Of a stretch of DNA of 64,000 bases, positions 38,079 to 48,871 are shown in pieces. The stretch comes from an uncultured Methanosarcinales archaeon. GTDB taxonomy: Archaea; Nanobdellota; Nanobdellia; Woesearchaeales; GW2011-AR9. Positions within the stretch are counted from its first letter, which is position 1. Each line of letters opens with the position of its first letter. The stretch spans positions 22,145 to 86,144 of the forward strand of contig CAYXEO010000002.1 in the NCBI GenBank assembly GCA_964464055.1, read 5' to 3'. Below the pieces are notes generated by a model. That model ran no database searches and was not told the origin of the DNA. It was given only the letters and a program-made list of their open reading frames with translations. The position numbers and the translations under genes were made by a program.

Positions 38079-38528
38079 CTACTTTTCAAATTCTTCCAAC
38101 AACTTACTTTTATCCATCATGATAGAATAATCGGCTTTGTTCAACTTTTTACTTTTAATAAATTCTAGAAATCGTTTTTGCTTCTTTTCGTCCCAGCCAG
38201 AAAATTCTTTTGCAGTTTTACAGAGATGGTTGATATCACAGTGTCCCTCTCGTAAATCTTTACCATTGTTTTGTCCCGGATGTAATGGGCATAACCATTG
38301 TCCTTTTTTCTCAATTAAATTTAAACAAACTCCCCAACGAAGTGTTCTGTTGTAAGCTCGGTCCCGAAATTCTATTAAACTAGTTTCTGTATGTGGTGCA
38401 TAATCTGCAAATTCGATGGTGTTCAGTTGGATAGCCTTAACTATTTTTTCTTTCGATTCAAAATCGTGACCACAACAACCCATGCATCCACCGTTCAATT
38501 GGCATAAAGAAGATTCTGTATAACTCAT
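38079..38528 (-). CDS. Cys/His-rich putative metal-binding protein (possible YkgJ/UPF0153-like CxxCxGCC cluster)
   Basis: N-terminal CQLNGGCMGCCGHDF, then later CPLHPG...HCDINHLC. It is co-oriented immediately upstream of argS. Confidence 0.4.
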   Translation of the reverse strand: MSYTESSLCQLNGGCMGCCGHDFESKEKIVKAIQLNTIEFADYAPHTETSLIEFRDRAYNRTLRWGVCLNLIEKKGQWLCPLHPGQNNGKDLREGHCDINHLCKTAKEFSGWDEKKQKRFLEFIKSKKLNKADYSIMMDKSKLLEEFEK

Positions 38529-38536
38529 TTTACAAA

Positions 38537-40249
38537 TTACATATCTTCTGGTGCTTTAATACCCAACAAAGCAAGTCCGTTCTTGATAACTTGTTTTGTA
38601 CATTTGGTAACTAGTAATCTTGCTTTTGCTAATTCTTTATTTTCTTCTTTCAAACATGGACAAGAGTGGTAAAACTCATTAAAATTCCTTGATAATGTCA
38701 AAAGATATTGTGAAATAAGGTGTGGTTTATAGTTCTCTGCTGCTAATAATGTCTTTTTAGGGAACTCTTCTAATGATTTGATTAAACTAAGTTCTGCTGG
38801 GTGTATTAATGTCCCAAAATCCACATTTGTTATTGTCAATTTCTGTTCTTTCGCTTTTCTTAGAATTGAACTAGCTCGGGCATGAGTATATTGTACATAA
38901 GGTCCTGTATCACCTTCAAACGCCAAACTCTTTTTTGGGTCAAATGTCAAATCTTTAACTGCATCAACTGCGAGTAAGTAGAATTTGATTGCTGCTAAAC
39001 TGATTATGCTTGCTCGGGACCCAACTTCTTTTTCGTCCAAATCTTTGTGCCGTTCTTTAATCGCTGTTTCTGCTAATTGTTTCATTTCTAACATGAAATC
39101 GTCAGCATCGACAACAGTTCCTTCTCGACTTTTCATTTTTCCGTCAGGTAAATTGACCATTCCGAATGAGAAATGGTGGCACCCTTCCGCGAATTTGTAA
39201 CCTAGTTTCTTAAGTAATGTAAAAAGCACTTTGAAATGATAATTTTGTTCAGAAGCGACCACATAAATACATTTGTCAAATTTGAAATCTTTTTGTCGCA
39301 GTTCTGCAAGGTAAAGGTCTTGAGTAATATAAACACTTGTTCCGTCCGATCTTAGAAGAACTTTTTCTCCTAACTCTTCTTTTTCCAAATCAATAATTAT
39401 TGCCCCATCATTTCTTCTTTTGAAAATTCCATCTTTGACACCTTGGACGACTAATTCTTTTCCTTTTTTGTAGGTTTCACTTTCAAAATATTCTTTTTCA
39501 AATTTGTTCATTTCAAAAGTGGAATATGTGGTTGCATAACCGCTTAATGCCCACTTATTCATCTGTTTCCATAATTTAATTGTTTCTGGGTCACCAGCTT
39601 CCCATTTTTGTAGCAGTGCTTTTGTTTCTTCTTCCAATTCTGGATTTTCTTTTACTTTAGTGGCATAAAGAACATAATATTTACCTACGAAATGGTCACT
39701 TTTAACATTTTCACTTTCTGGTGTTTTCCCTTCTCCCCATTTTTGGTAAGCGAGCATACTTTTACAAATGTGTATCCCTCTGTCATTGATAATATTAACA
39801 ACTTTGGTATTGTACCCTTGACTTTTAACTAAATTCGCAAGGCAATCTCCTAAAGCCATAACTCTCATGTGTCCTAAGTGCAGTGGTTTGTTAGTATTCG
39901 GTCCTGGATATTCTACCAGGATGGTTTCTTTTTTGCCAATACTAGATTCTCCATATTTCTCTTTTTCTGTACCTATTCTGTTTAGTGTCTCTTCTGCGAA
40001 AATACTTTTGTTAATGAAAAAGTTCAGATAAGGTCCGGCAGTTTCAAGTTTCTCTAAGAATTTTGGCAACTTGATTTCTTTTTTTAGTTTATCGGCTGCT
40101 TCTTTCGGGTTTTTACCAACTTTGAAACAAGGGAAAGCGTAATCTCCTAACTTTGGATCTGGAGGGGTTGAGATAAGGTTCTCTATCTCCGCTTTCTTTA
40201 GTTCGGTATGTTTAGTCAGTATCTTGATTATTTCGGATTGGAAGTTCAT
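38537..40249 (-). CDS. argS: arginyl-tRNA synthetase
   Basis: Class I HIGH region (PNTNKPLHLGHMR), a KMSK-like region (GKMKSREG), an N-terminal Arg-tRNA add-on domain, and a C-terminal DALR-type anticodon-binding domain. 570 aa. Confidence 0.9.
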   Translation of the reverse strand: MNFQSEIIKILTKHTELKKAEIENLISTPPDPKLGDYAFPCFKVGKNPKEAADKLKKEIKLPKFLEKLETAGPYLNFFINKSIFAEETLNRIGTEKEKYGESSIGKKETILVEYPGPNTNKPLHLGHMRVMALGDCLANLVKSQGYNTKVVNIINDRGIHICKSMLAYQKWGEGKTPESENVKSDHFVGKYYVLYATKVKENPELEEETKALLQKWEAGDPETIKLWKQMNKWALSGYATTYSTFEMNKFEKEYFESETYKKGKELVVQGVKDGIFKRRNDGAIIIDLEKEELGEKVLLRSDGTSVYITQDLYLAELRQKDFKFDKCIYVVASEQNYHFKVLFTLLKKLGYKFAEGCHHFSFGMVNLPDGKMKSREGTVVDADDFMLEMKQLAETAIKERHKDLDEKEVGSRASIISLAAIKFYLLAVDAVKDLTFDPKKSLAFEGDTGPYVQYTHARASSILRKAKEQKLTITNVDFGTLIHPAELSLIKSLEEFPKKTLLAAENYKPHLISQYLLTLSRNFNEFYHSCPCLKEENKELAKARLLVTKCTKQVIKNGLALLGIKAPEDM

Positions 40250-40314
40250 GGTTATAAGAAAATGCTTTTAATTTATATAATTGTTGTTATTATGTTAGAT
40301 TTTTAACTTATTTT

Positions 40315-41022
40315 CTAAATCTTACCATTACTTTTATTTTTGTCCAGAACGAGTTTCTTGATTCTCCCGCCACAGAAAACTCTAATTAGTTCTTCGGTTT
40401 CTTGCAAAATGTTTTCAACCTGTTTTTTGTCTAATGGTGGAAGTATCTCGAAATGGACCAGTGCCGAAGTTGTTTCTTTGCTCGGCAAAGTTTTTTTACT
40501 TTTCCAGAAGTCTAGTTTAGTTCCTAATACATTTTCATTATCGTGGTAGTAAATCGCACCTTTTTTGACAACTTTTAATGGGCTTACTTTTTCTTTCCCA
40601 CTACCTATGGCGAATGTCACTCCTCCATTTATTTTATCAAGATCATCAACCCCAATGGGGACTAAATGTTTTAGAGAGATGTACCTTATCAAGTTAGTTA
40701 GCACTTCTTTATCAGCGACACTTTTTTTGTTTAGTACTTTTTTGAGCAACCTTTCTATAGAGGTGTGGTAATGTTTAGCTTTTGCACCAAACTCTTGTTG
40801 CGCAACTACCCATGGAGAAATTAAATAGTGGTTTTTAATATTTTCTTTGTTAGAAGTTAATCTTGTAAGTTCTTCAATTTCGTTTAGTAAATGTTGAGAC
40901 TCTTCCACTTTATTATAATTATTTAAATTAATGATTTTAAAAAAAACAAGTTTCAAATCTGGGTTAAACTTTTTGAACACTTCTTTCTTGATTCGAACAT
41001 TTGTTTCTTTTATTTTTGCCAT
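40315..41022 (-). CDS. hypothetical protein (possibly an RNA-binding B3/B4-like fold; not established)
   Basis: 235 aa, basic, co-oriented downstream of argS. No diagnostic motif was read. Confidence 0.4.
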   Translation of the reverse strand: MAKIKETNVRIKKEVFKKFNPDLKLVFFKIINLNNYNKVEESQHLLNEIEELTRLTSNKENIKNHYLISPWVVAQQEFGAKAKHYHTSIERLLKKVLNKKSVADKEVLTNLIRYISLKHLVPIGVDDLDKINGGVTFAIGSGKEKVSPLKVVKKGAIYYHDNENVLGTKLDFWKSKKTLPSKETTSALVHFEILPPLDKKQVENILQETEELIRVFCGGRIKKLVLDKNKSNGKI

Positions 41023-41024
41023 TT

Positions 41025-41351
41025 TTATCTAAACAATTTCTTAATTTTTTCGAACATTTTTTTGATGAATGTCTTTTTTGTTCTAGAACACTTAATCCCT
41101 TCATGCATGTTCATTTGATCCAAATTGTAAAGGATTTTTTTCATCAAAATAACTTTTTTTCTTTCGTAATGTAATCTAGTAATAATAAAAATCATGTATA
41201 ATCCAAATAATCCACCAACCATTATACTAACTTTCCCCATAAACGGTTGAATTACTTCACTAAGAACTTGGGTCAATGTACCCGGGTCTATGTTCGCACT
41301 TTGGTTAGAAAATTCTCGTATCATTGCCTGTTCAACAGGAGCTACTGTCAT
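41025..41351 (-). CDS. hypothetical single-pass membrane protein
   Basis: 108 aa. TM helix IMVGGLFGLYMIFIIT. It starts 3 nt after the previous gene's stop. Confidence 0.35.
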   Translation of the reverse strand: MTVAPVEQAMIREFSNQSANIDPGTLTQVLSEVIQPFMGKVSIMVGGLFGLYMIFIITRLHYERKKVILMKKILYNLDQMNMHEGIKCSRTKKTFIKKMFEKIKKLFR

Positions 41352-41468
41352 TTTGTGTACACCTCTTTTATTTCCTAATTATTTTTTTGAGCTTTTTATA
41401 TCTTTTGTTTTTTAGGGTATGTTTCAAATTGTTTTTTTTTTTGTTTTTGTTTTTGTATTTGGAAGTAG

Positions 41469-42422
41469 TTGTTTTCGTTACTTTTATATACTTTAAATTA
41501 TTACTTTTTGTATATGAAAAAAGAGGAACTCATTAAACGACCTAGATGGAAAAAAATCATCATCATATTTTCCATAATTTTTGCTGTATTATTTTTCACT
41601 TCTTTGTTCAGCGATGTTAAAAGTGGTAATACAGCTTTGATACCCATAAATGGCATGATTACAGGTAACGGCGGAAGTTATGTGGGGCAAACAACCGTGT
41701 CTTCCAAAGACATTACTAATTACATAAAAACTGCTGAAGAAGATCCACAAATTAAAGTTATGGTTTTGGAAATTAATTCGCCTGGTGGTTCGGCAGTTGC
41801 TTCTGATGAAATTGCCTCGGCAATAAAAAAAGTAACAAAACCAACCGTGACTATTATTCGTGAAGCTGGTGCCTCCGGTGGTTATTGGATTGCTTCCGCG
41901 ACTGAACATATCATCGCTAATAAAATGTCTATTACAGGAAGCATCGGAGTAATTTCTTCTTACCTAGAATTTAGTGGGCTGATGGATGAATACGGAATTG
42001 GTTACGAGAGATTGGTTACAGGTGATTACAAAGATATTGGGTCTCCATTAAAAGAATCTTCTGATGAAGAGAAAACAATTCTACAAAGTAAATTGGATAA
42101 AATCCATGAAATTTTTATCCAAGAAATTGCTACTAACCGGGGCATGAGTGTTGCAGATGTCCAAAATCTAGCAACAGGAGAATTTTATTTAGGAATTGAA
42201 GCGTTCGAATTGGGACTAATTGACCAGTTAGGTGATGAAAATACCCTTGAACAATATATTAAAACCAATTTTGCACTTGAAGAAGTTGATTATCTTGTTT
42301 ACAAAAAAGAGCCAAGTTTATTGGATGCTTTTGCAGGGGTATTTACTGATTTTTCTTTTGGTATAGGGGAGGGGATTGGTTCAATACTAGTTAAAGGAAC
42401 AAACAAATTAATGTTGATATAG
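41469..42422 (+). CDS. sppA: signal peptide peptidase SppA (S49 family, 36K type)
   Basis: N-terminal TM, the VLEINSPGGSAVASDEIASAIKK ClpP/crotonase-fold motif, and a catalytic-Ser region SIGVISSYLE. Confidence 0.8.
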   Translation: MFSLLLYTLNYYFLYMKKEELIKRPRWKKIIIIFSIIFAVLFFTSLFSDVKSGNTALIPINGMITGNGGSYVGQTTVSSKDITNYIKTAEEDPQIKVMVLEINSPGGSAVASDEIASAIKKVTKPTVTIIREAGASGGYWIASATEHIIANKMSITGSIGVISSYLEFSGLMDEYGIGYERLVTGDYKDIGSPLKESSDEEKTILQSKLDKIHEIFIQEIATNRGMSVADVQNLATGEFYLGIEAFELGLIDQLGDENTLEQYIKTNFALEEVDYLVYKKEPSLLDAFAGVFTDFSFGIGEGIGSILVKGTNKLMLI

Positions 42423-42442
42423 ATGTTGATTTGAAATAACAA

Positions 42443-45400
42443 ATGAAAACTAAACACCACTTCAAAATTGTACTATTGTTCGTTTCACTTATCATATTTT
42501 TGAGCAGTTCTTTATTTTTTTTGGAAGATTTGTCAGTAACTGGTTATATCACTACGGATAACGGAAACCAAGAATCTGTGCGGTTAAGCACCGAGAAACT
42601 AGACACAGAATTAATTAAGGAAATTCAGTCCGGAAATTATCAACCGAAAATCGTTATCATCTTGGAAGACAATTCTGAAACACTCTCCGATGATTTGCAA
42701 GATAAACAAGAAGCTATTGCCGAGTTACAAGAAGAAGTAATGGAAGGGCTACAAGACGAAGATTTGGTGGTTTTAGAAGAAATAATTCAAGACACAGATG
42801 TTGCTGAGGAAGAACCAGAAGAGGATACTGACTTCACAATTACTCAAAAGTTTGATTCTCTTAATGCTATTGCTGGGGAAGTTCATGATGCAGATGCTTT
42901 GGTAGAGTTGAGTAACAATAAAAATGTTAAGAAGATATTGTTAGATTATCCTGTCAAATTCACTCTTGATACTAGTGTACCACAAATTAATGCCGATGAT
43001 GTTTGGGACATTTCTGTTTCTGGGACTAACATTACTGGTGCTGGTGAAACGGTTTGTGTGGTGGATACTGGGATAGATTATACTCACACTGCTTTAGGTG
43101 GTTGTAATCCTGTAACTTACGATTTGGATGGTGACATTGAAATTCTAAACACTTCAATTGAATCTGCCCATGACTATGCAAACAATTTTGATTACACTTG
43201 GAAAATTAACAAAACCAATTACACTAACATCGCGGTGCATTTTACTAACATCACTTTAGAAAACTTGCCAGAAAGTGGTGATACTACTGACCATATTTAT
43301 ATTTATGATCAAAACAATAATACCTTAGCGGTTTACAAAGAGTCTTTATCTGATGTTTGGACACCTTATGGTGAAGGTGATACTATTTATGTGCGATTGG
43401 TAACTGACGGTTCAGTAACAGATTATGGTTTCCTCATTGACAAAATAATTAATGGTACAACTAACACAACAATGAACTGGAACACTTGTTCTAAAGTCAT
43501 TGGTGGTTGGGATGTGCAAAACAACGATTGTGATCCAAAAGATGACCATAACCACGGAACTCATGTGGCAGGGATAATATCTTCTAGTGACTCAACTTAT
43601 CGCGGTGTTGCACCTGACGCAAAATTGGTAGCGATGAAAGTTCTTGATTCTAGTGGTGCAGGTTATTCTTCTGATGTGGCGGCAGGAATCGATTGGTGTA
43701 CAACAAATGCAGAACGATTAAACATTTCAGTTATTAGTTTGAGTTTAGGTTGTGATGGTGCAGGATGTACCCATTATCAAACTTATTGTAACGATGACTT
43801 GACCGCAACTGCGATCAACAATGCTTATGCAGAAAACATCTTAGTGGCAATCGCTGCAGGTAACGGTGGTTGGACAGATGGTATCTCTAGCCCATCTTGT
43901 GTACAAAATGCAACTCCTGTTGGAGGGTTTGATGCTTCTGGTAATCCAGTTTATAATCGAGGGGATTTACTTGAAATTTCTGCTCCTGCGACTTCTATCC
44001 ATTCTTCCATACTTTCTGGGATGTGGCAAGATTTGAGCGGAACTTCGATGGCCACCCCACATTTCTCTGGTTCAGTGGCACTTTTCAGACAATATTGGCG
44101 ATTAGTTTATGGGCAAACTCCTACAGTGGACGAAATAAATGATAAATTCATTTTGACTGGCTCAATCGTTGACGACACTTTTGGTTCTGGGCACAATTTT
44201 TCCGGTGTTGACATCTTGGCCGCTGTTAAACCTATTTTGAACGTCACTTCTCCGATAAACGGAACTTCTTTCGATGTAGATTGGGTTTTGGTAAATGTGA
44301 CTTCAGATGTGAATTTGTCTTCAGCAATTTTGGAACTAGATGGTGTAACTAATTATACCATGAACGAAAGTGGTGAGATAGACGGGACTACTTTTTATTA
44401 CAATTTAACCGGACTAACTTCTGGAACACACGAGTTCAATGTATTCGGTAACGATTCTGTGACAATTGGCGTTTCTGATTCTGTAAGTATAGAAATCGAT
44501 GCAGACTTGCCTGAAATAACTTTTGTCCTTCCAGCAGAAAACGGTATTTATTCAACTAACTTCAATTTGAACATTTCTTTAGAGAATACTTTACTTTCCA
44601 CTTCCTCATACAATATCACCAATTCCACTGATGACATTTTATCAAGCAACTCTACATCTGGAATCAACTCTTCCACATATACCTGGACAGAGCTAGTTAA
44701 TTTGACAGGTTGGGAAGAAGGAGTTTATACTTTATCCGTTTTTGTTAATGATACCAATGGATATTCTACACAGGACACTCTCAATTTCATAGTAGATAAA
44801 ACAGCTCCAACAATAAATTCTGTGGATGTTGTGCCTTTAGTGGTTTACAACAACGATACGGTAGTTTTCACTCTTAACGCTTCCGATAGTAACGATTTAG
44901 GCGACTCTTTATTTTCATCAAACTTCTCTGGCAGTTGGACAAATTATAGTATGACAAATTCTACTGCTTTGGGTGTAGCAAATGTTTTATACAACTACCC
45001 TCTCTCTGGGATAGAGAATCTAACTAACCAAGCGACAATTTATTATCTGTTTCATGCAGTTGATGCAGCTGGGAATGTGGTGAATTCCAGTGTCTATAAT
45101 TTCACTGTGTCTAACAGGAACTTGAGTTCAGCAGAAATATCTTCTCCTGATGATGGCGATACCGTTGGTGTTGATGTTTCTACTTCGTTTGAAGCAACTG
45201 CCGTAGATCCTGATGGTGATACTTTAACTTACACTTGGGATTTTGGCGACTTTTCTTCCAGCGGTTTAGGTCAAACAACATCTCACTCTTATGAAGAACT
45301 GGGGACTTATACTGTAACTTTAAATGTAACTGACTCTTATGGTTCGGATTTGCAAAATACTATTTCTGTAATTGTCGGTGACGTTTCTGGGCCAACAATG

Positions 45401-46159
45401 ACTTATTCCGCTATTCCTTCAACCCCTCATTTGGAAGACGACTCTGCAACTTTCACCATCTATTTCAATTTCACCGATTCTGCTAATGTGACTAATGTAT
45501 CTGGTTCAATTGAAACTGTGGAATTAGCTTCTAGTGGTTGTACTGGGTTAGGCGGCACCAGTGTAACTTGCAGTTGGGGATTAAGTTTTGACTCTTCTGA
45601 TAATGGTGACCATGATATTATTATGAATGCCACTGATGGTGATGGTAATTTTGTTTCTTCAACTTATGAAATAACTTTAGAATCTTGCTCTGATGATACT
45701 AAGAATGGCGAAGAGACCGGTACTGATTGTGGTGGTTCTTGTTCTGCTTGTTCTAGTGAAGATGATAGTGAAGAAGATTCGGTTAGTTCAAGTAGTTCTG
45801 GTGGTGGAGCTGGTGCAAGTGCAACTACAACAACAAGTGCAACGACCGATACTTCTGAGGTAATTGGTACTTTTGATGAAACAAGTGTTGAAGATGAAAT
45901 TGTGGTGGGAGATTCTATTAGTGAAGAAGTAATTCCTAGTAAATCTACTGGTGATATTTCTGTAACTGGTTCTGGTGTCAATGAAAGTTCTGTGACAGAA
46001 GATACTGGAAGTAAGAATTTGGTAGGTGCGGCATTTAGTTTCTTTAAAGGAATTGGTAGTAGTACAGAAAATATGAGGCAGAATGGTATTCTAATTATTG
46101 TTTTATCAATGTTAATACTTATTTTATTGATAACTTATTTTGTGTTTCTGAGAGAATGA
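42443..46159 (+). CDS. subtilisin-like serine protease (S8) with PKD and Ig-like domains and a C-terminal TM anchor
   Basis: Catalytic D (VVDTGID), H (HGTHVAG), S (GTSMATPH). PKD domain (TYTWDFGD...GTYTVTLNVTDSYG). Signal peptide. C-terminal TM ILIIVLSMLILILLITYFVF. Confidence 0.85.
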   Translation: MKTKHHFKIVLLFVSLIIFLSSSLFFLEDLSVTGYITTDNGNQESVRLSTEKLDTELIKEIQSGNYQPKIVIILEDNSETLSDDLQDKQEAIAELQEEVMEGLQDEDLVVLEEIIQDTDVAEEEPEEDTDFTITQKFDSLNAIAGEVHDADALVELSNNKNVKKILLDYPVKFTLDTSVPQINADDVWDISVSGTNITGAGETVCVVDTGIDYTHTALGGCNPVTYDLDGDIEILNTSIESAHDYANNFDYTWKINKTNYTNIAVHFTNITLENLPESGDTTDHIYIYDQNNNTLAVYKESLSDVWTPYGEGDTIYVRLVTDGSVTDYGFLIDKIINGTTNTTMNWNTCSKVIGGWDVQNNDCDPKDDHNHGTHVAGIISSSDSTYRGVAPDAKLVAMKVLDSSGAGYSSDVAAGIDWCTTNAERLNISVISLSLGCDGAGCTHYQTYCNDDLTATAINNAYAENILVAIAAGNGGWTDGISSPSCVQNATPVGGFDASGNPVYNRGDLLEISAPATSIHSSILSGMWQDLSGTSMATPHFSGSVALFRQYWRLVYGQTPTVDEINDKFILTGSIVDDTFGSGHNFSGVDILAAVKPILNVTSPINGTSFDVDWVLVNVTSDVNLSSAILELDGVTNYTMNESGEIDGTTFYYNLTGLTSGTHEFNVFGNDSVTIGVSDSVSIEIDADLPEITFVLPAENGIYSTNFNLNISLENTLLSTSSYNITNSTDDILSSNSTSGINSSTYTWTELVNLTGWEEGVYTLSVFVNDTNGYSTQDTLNFIVDKTAPTINSVDVVPLVVYNNDTVVFTLNASDSNDLGDSLFSSNFSGSWTNYSMTNSTALGVANVLYNYPLSGIENLTNQATIYYLFHAVDAAGNVVNSSVYNFTVSNRNLSSAEISSPDDGDTVGVDVSTSFEATAVDPDGDTLTYTWDFGDFSSSGLGQTTSHSYEELGTYTVTLNVTDSYGSDLQNTISVIVGDVSGPTMTYSAIPSTPHLEDDSATFTIYFNFTDSANVTNVSGSIETVELASSGCTGLGGTSVTCSWGLSFDSSDNGDHDIIMNATDGDGNFVSSTYEITLESCSDDTKNGEETGTDCGGSCSACSSEDDSEEDSVSSSSSGGGAGASATTTTSATTDTSEVIGTFDETSVEDEIVVGDSISEEVIPSKSTGDISVTGSGVNESSVTEDTGSKNLVGAAFSFFKGIGSSTENMRQNGILIIVLSMLILILLITYFVFLRE

Positions 46160-46208
46160 TTTTGTGTAATTAAATAAACTAGAAAATAAAAAAAATAAAA
46201 AAAAAGAA

Positions 46209-46610
46209 CTATTCGTCAATTACACTTTTGTTCCGGTGAATCTTAGCGAAGTATGGTACTGCGACAACGTAATCTTCTCCGAACCCTGCGATATCTCCCT
46301 CGATAGCTTCACAAGTTTTTCTTAACTTAGAAATTGCTCTTTTAAGTTCGATGATATCTTTGTCTTTAAGTGGTTTGATGTTTACCAAAGCGATAGTGGA
46401 CCCTTCTCTCAAAGTATCTAGAATCTCTTTAATATCTTCAAATTCTTCCATAACAAAAGGACGGACTGTTACTTTGGAAGATTTTTCTTCTGCTTCTGCA
46501 CCTAATGTGACGTATTCGTCTGTTTGTTCGATCTCATCTTCTTCATACTGTTCTTCCTCTTCGTTCGGAACAGTAAATTTTTCTTTCAATTGTAAAAAAA
46601 AGTCTTTCAT
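46209..46610 (-). CDS. sepF: SepF-like cell division protein (FtsZ anchor)
   Basis: 133 aa with an acidic N-terminus. The SepF core pattern VRPFVMEEFEDIKEILDTLREGSTIALVNIKPL...GDIAGFGEDYVVAVP is collinear with the DUF552 consensus. Confidence 0.65.
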   Translation of the reverse strand: MKDFFLQLKEKFTVPNEEEEQYEEDEIEQTDEYVTLGAEAEEKSSKVTVRPFVMEEFEDIKEILDTLREGSTIALVNIKPLKDKDIIELKRAISKLRKTCEAIEGDIAGFGEDYVVAVPYFAKIHRNKSVIDE

Positions 46611-46701
46611 TTTAACACCCTCATTATTTGTATTTTATTTTTCTAAGCGCATATATAAATGTTTTTATTGTTGGTACTCTATACTCTGCTAATACTCTCA
46701 A

Positions 46702-48129
46702 TTATCCATTTAAATTGTATGCATTTGAATATGATCTGTTCTTCTTACCGTTTGATTTGGTAAATTCTACTGTTGCTCGTGGCAATGTGAAGTCGCCTAT
46801 AATGTTTAGTTTAGCTTTAATTTCGTAACTGATTAGCCGATGTTCTTCTCCGTCAAGTTCTGCTAATGCCCAAACAACTTTTGTACCTTTTTTAGTATGT
46901 TTAACTTCTTTTGGACGTAATGTACCTAATTGTAAACTTTTTTCAACGTTAGCGATACCCGGTACAATATCGAGGATCTCAATATCTTTGATTGGTTTTT
47001 TGGATTTATTTTTAACTTCTAATTGGATTTTAATTTCTGAAATTGTGCCTTCCTCATCAGCTTTAGCTGTTTGGGCAGTTTTTTTAACAGCGATAGGTGT
47101 TTGAACGGCCCAGTAAAAACTACCTAAAAAGAATAAGGTCATGAAAATATAAAACAAAATTCTATAATTGATGATATAATGTAATTCTTTTGTTGTGTTT
47201 GGAGATAATGATGTTTCCCAAACCATATTATCATTTTTGATTACTCCATCATCTTTAACTGTGGTAAACAAACTTTGCCAAAACGTTATGGGGATATTGA
47301 TTTCTTGTTCATTTTTGACATTACCATCGTTGGAAATAGTCACTTTCATAAATTTTTTAAAAAACACACTCTCCTCTTCAATTTTATTAACAAACGGGGG
47401 CAACAAAGAAACAATTTCAATTCTTTGTTCTAATATTTTAACTTGTTCATCATTATGTATAAACACAAAAAATAAAATGTACTCTTTCGGTTCTTGAAAT
47501 TTGTTTAAAGTGACTGTGGATTCTACTGTTTTTTTTTCTAAAGGTGGTAAGTCTACTTCCACTTCTGTATCAAATTCGGGGATGTCACTTTGAATCCTTA
47601 TTAATAAATTCTCTAAATCTAACGGGTTTTTATTTTCTAAAAATAATTTGATTGAAACGGGTTCATTTGGGTCAATATTCTCGTTCATGTCAATCTCTGC
47701 CATAATGGAGGGTAAATAATCTGCTGGTTCATCTGGACTGAGATAAATTTTCAAACTTTCAGTGTAAGTTTCATATTCACTTTTTTTATATTCGTCAATA
47801 TATAATGTTGGGGCATACGCTCCTGGTTTAAATTCTTCTAATGGTTTAATTGAGATGGTTGTACTTTTAGTTTTACCTGGTGCTAAATCAAAAGTACGAT
47901 CCGTTGGTGCCGGATCAATCATCCATCCCAGATCGAGTGAGTAGACTTTATAATTAGCAGTAGTCTCACCTTCATTTGTAACTTTTAAAGTATACTTTGC
48001 AGTTTCACTAACGGAGATCTCATTATCTATTGGGATTAATTGTATACTTGCATTTGCTAAACATGTAAAAGAGATTAATAAAATAAATAATAAACTTAGA
48101 TTAATAAATTTCCACCGCAATTTTTCCAC
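46702..48129 (-). CDS. secreted/bitopic protein: N-terminal beta-sandwich ectodomains, a central TM, and a basic C-terminal domain
   Basis: Signal peptide LLFILLISFTCLANA. TM ILFYIFMTLFFLGSFYWAV at about residue 320. No enzymatic motifs. Confidence 0.45.
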   Translation of the reverse strand: MEKLRWKFINLSLLFILLISFTCLANASIQLIPIDNEISVSETAKYTLKVTNEGETTANYKVYSLDLGWMIDPAPTDRTFDLAPGKTKSTTISIKPLEEFKPGAYAPTLYIDEYKKSEYETYTESLKIYLSPDEPADYLPSIMAEIDMNENIDPNEPVSIKLFLENKNPLDLENLLIRIQSDIPEFDTEVEVDLPPLEKKTVESTVTLNKFQEPKEYILFFVFIHNDEQVKILEQRIEIVSLLPPFVNKIEEESVFFKKFMKVTISNDGNVKNEQEINIPITFWQSLFTTVKDDGVIKNDNMVWETSLSPNTTKELHYIINYRILFYIFMTLFFLGSFYWAVQTPIAVKKTAQTAKADEEGTISEIKIQLEVKNKSKKPIKDIEILDIVPGIANVEKSLQLGTLRPKEVKHTKKGTKVVWALAELDGEEHRLISYEIKAKLNIIGDFTLPRATVEFTKSNGKKNRSYSNAYNLNG

Positions 48130-48188
48130 CTCACTTAATATTAAAAAATAAAATTATCCAAGTATTTAAAATCTTCGCTTTTGTATGT

Positions 48189-48821
48189 ATGTTGTTTTTG
48201 CAAACATTTATATACTATAATCATTTAATTGAACACATTAAAAGAGGTTTATTAGAGGTTAAAAAGATGGTGGCACAAGAAAGCGCATTCCGGGGCATGA
48301 TAGAATTTTTAGGGAAGTTAGGGGTTTATGATGTTATTCTTCCGTTCTTACTTGTTTTCACAATTGTTTTTGCAATTTTTGAAAAGACAAAAATTTTAGG
48401 AACAGTAAAAATTAATGGTCAAGTTGTTGGTAAAAAAAACTTAAACTCTATGGTTGCTTTTATAATGGCTTTTTTAGTAATTGCCTCTACTCAATTAGTG
48501 GCTTTGATTAGTACCGTGATGGCTAACGTGGTATTATTACTTATCTTGGCAATTTCATTTATGCTTTTGGTGGGCACTTTTTTTGGTGACAGTGAATTCA
48601 CTTTGAAAGATTATCCTGGTTGGACAAAGTTTTTCATGATCTTTATGTTTATTGGTATTGTTTTAATTTTTCTTCATGCACTTAATTGGTTAGATGCACT
48701 TTTCAAACTATTGGATGGTGTTGGTACTGATTGGGTTAGTGGTGCAGTATTTTTTGCCATCTTAATATTTTTCATGTGGTTTATCACTACGGACCAAACA
48801 ATAGGCAAGAAAAAAGATTAA
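48189..48821 (+). CDS. 5-TM membrane protein, paralog 1 of 3 (conserved N-terminal helix PFLLVFTIVFAIFEKTKILG)
   Basis: 210 aa. The true start may be the internal Met at 48267 (MVAQESAF...), which lies 8 nt after a GAGG motif. The conserved helix-1 motif is shared with the next two genes. Confidence 0.55.
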   Translation: MLFLQTFIYYNHLIEHIKRGLLEVKKMVAQESAFRGMIEFLGKLGVYDVILPFLLVFTIVFAIFEKTKILGTVKINGQVVGKKNLNSMVAFIMAFLVIASTQLVALISTVMANVVLLLILAISFMLLVGTFFGDSEFTLKDYPGWTKFFMIFMFIGIVLIFLHALNWLDALFKLLDGVGTDWVSGAVFFAILIFFMWFITTDQTIGKKKD

Positions 48822-48871
48822 ACTTATATATTACAAAAAAATACAAATTATAAAAAGGAGGATTTATTAAA

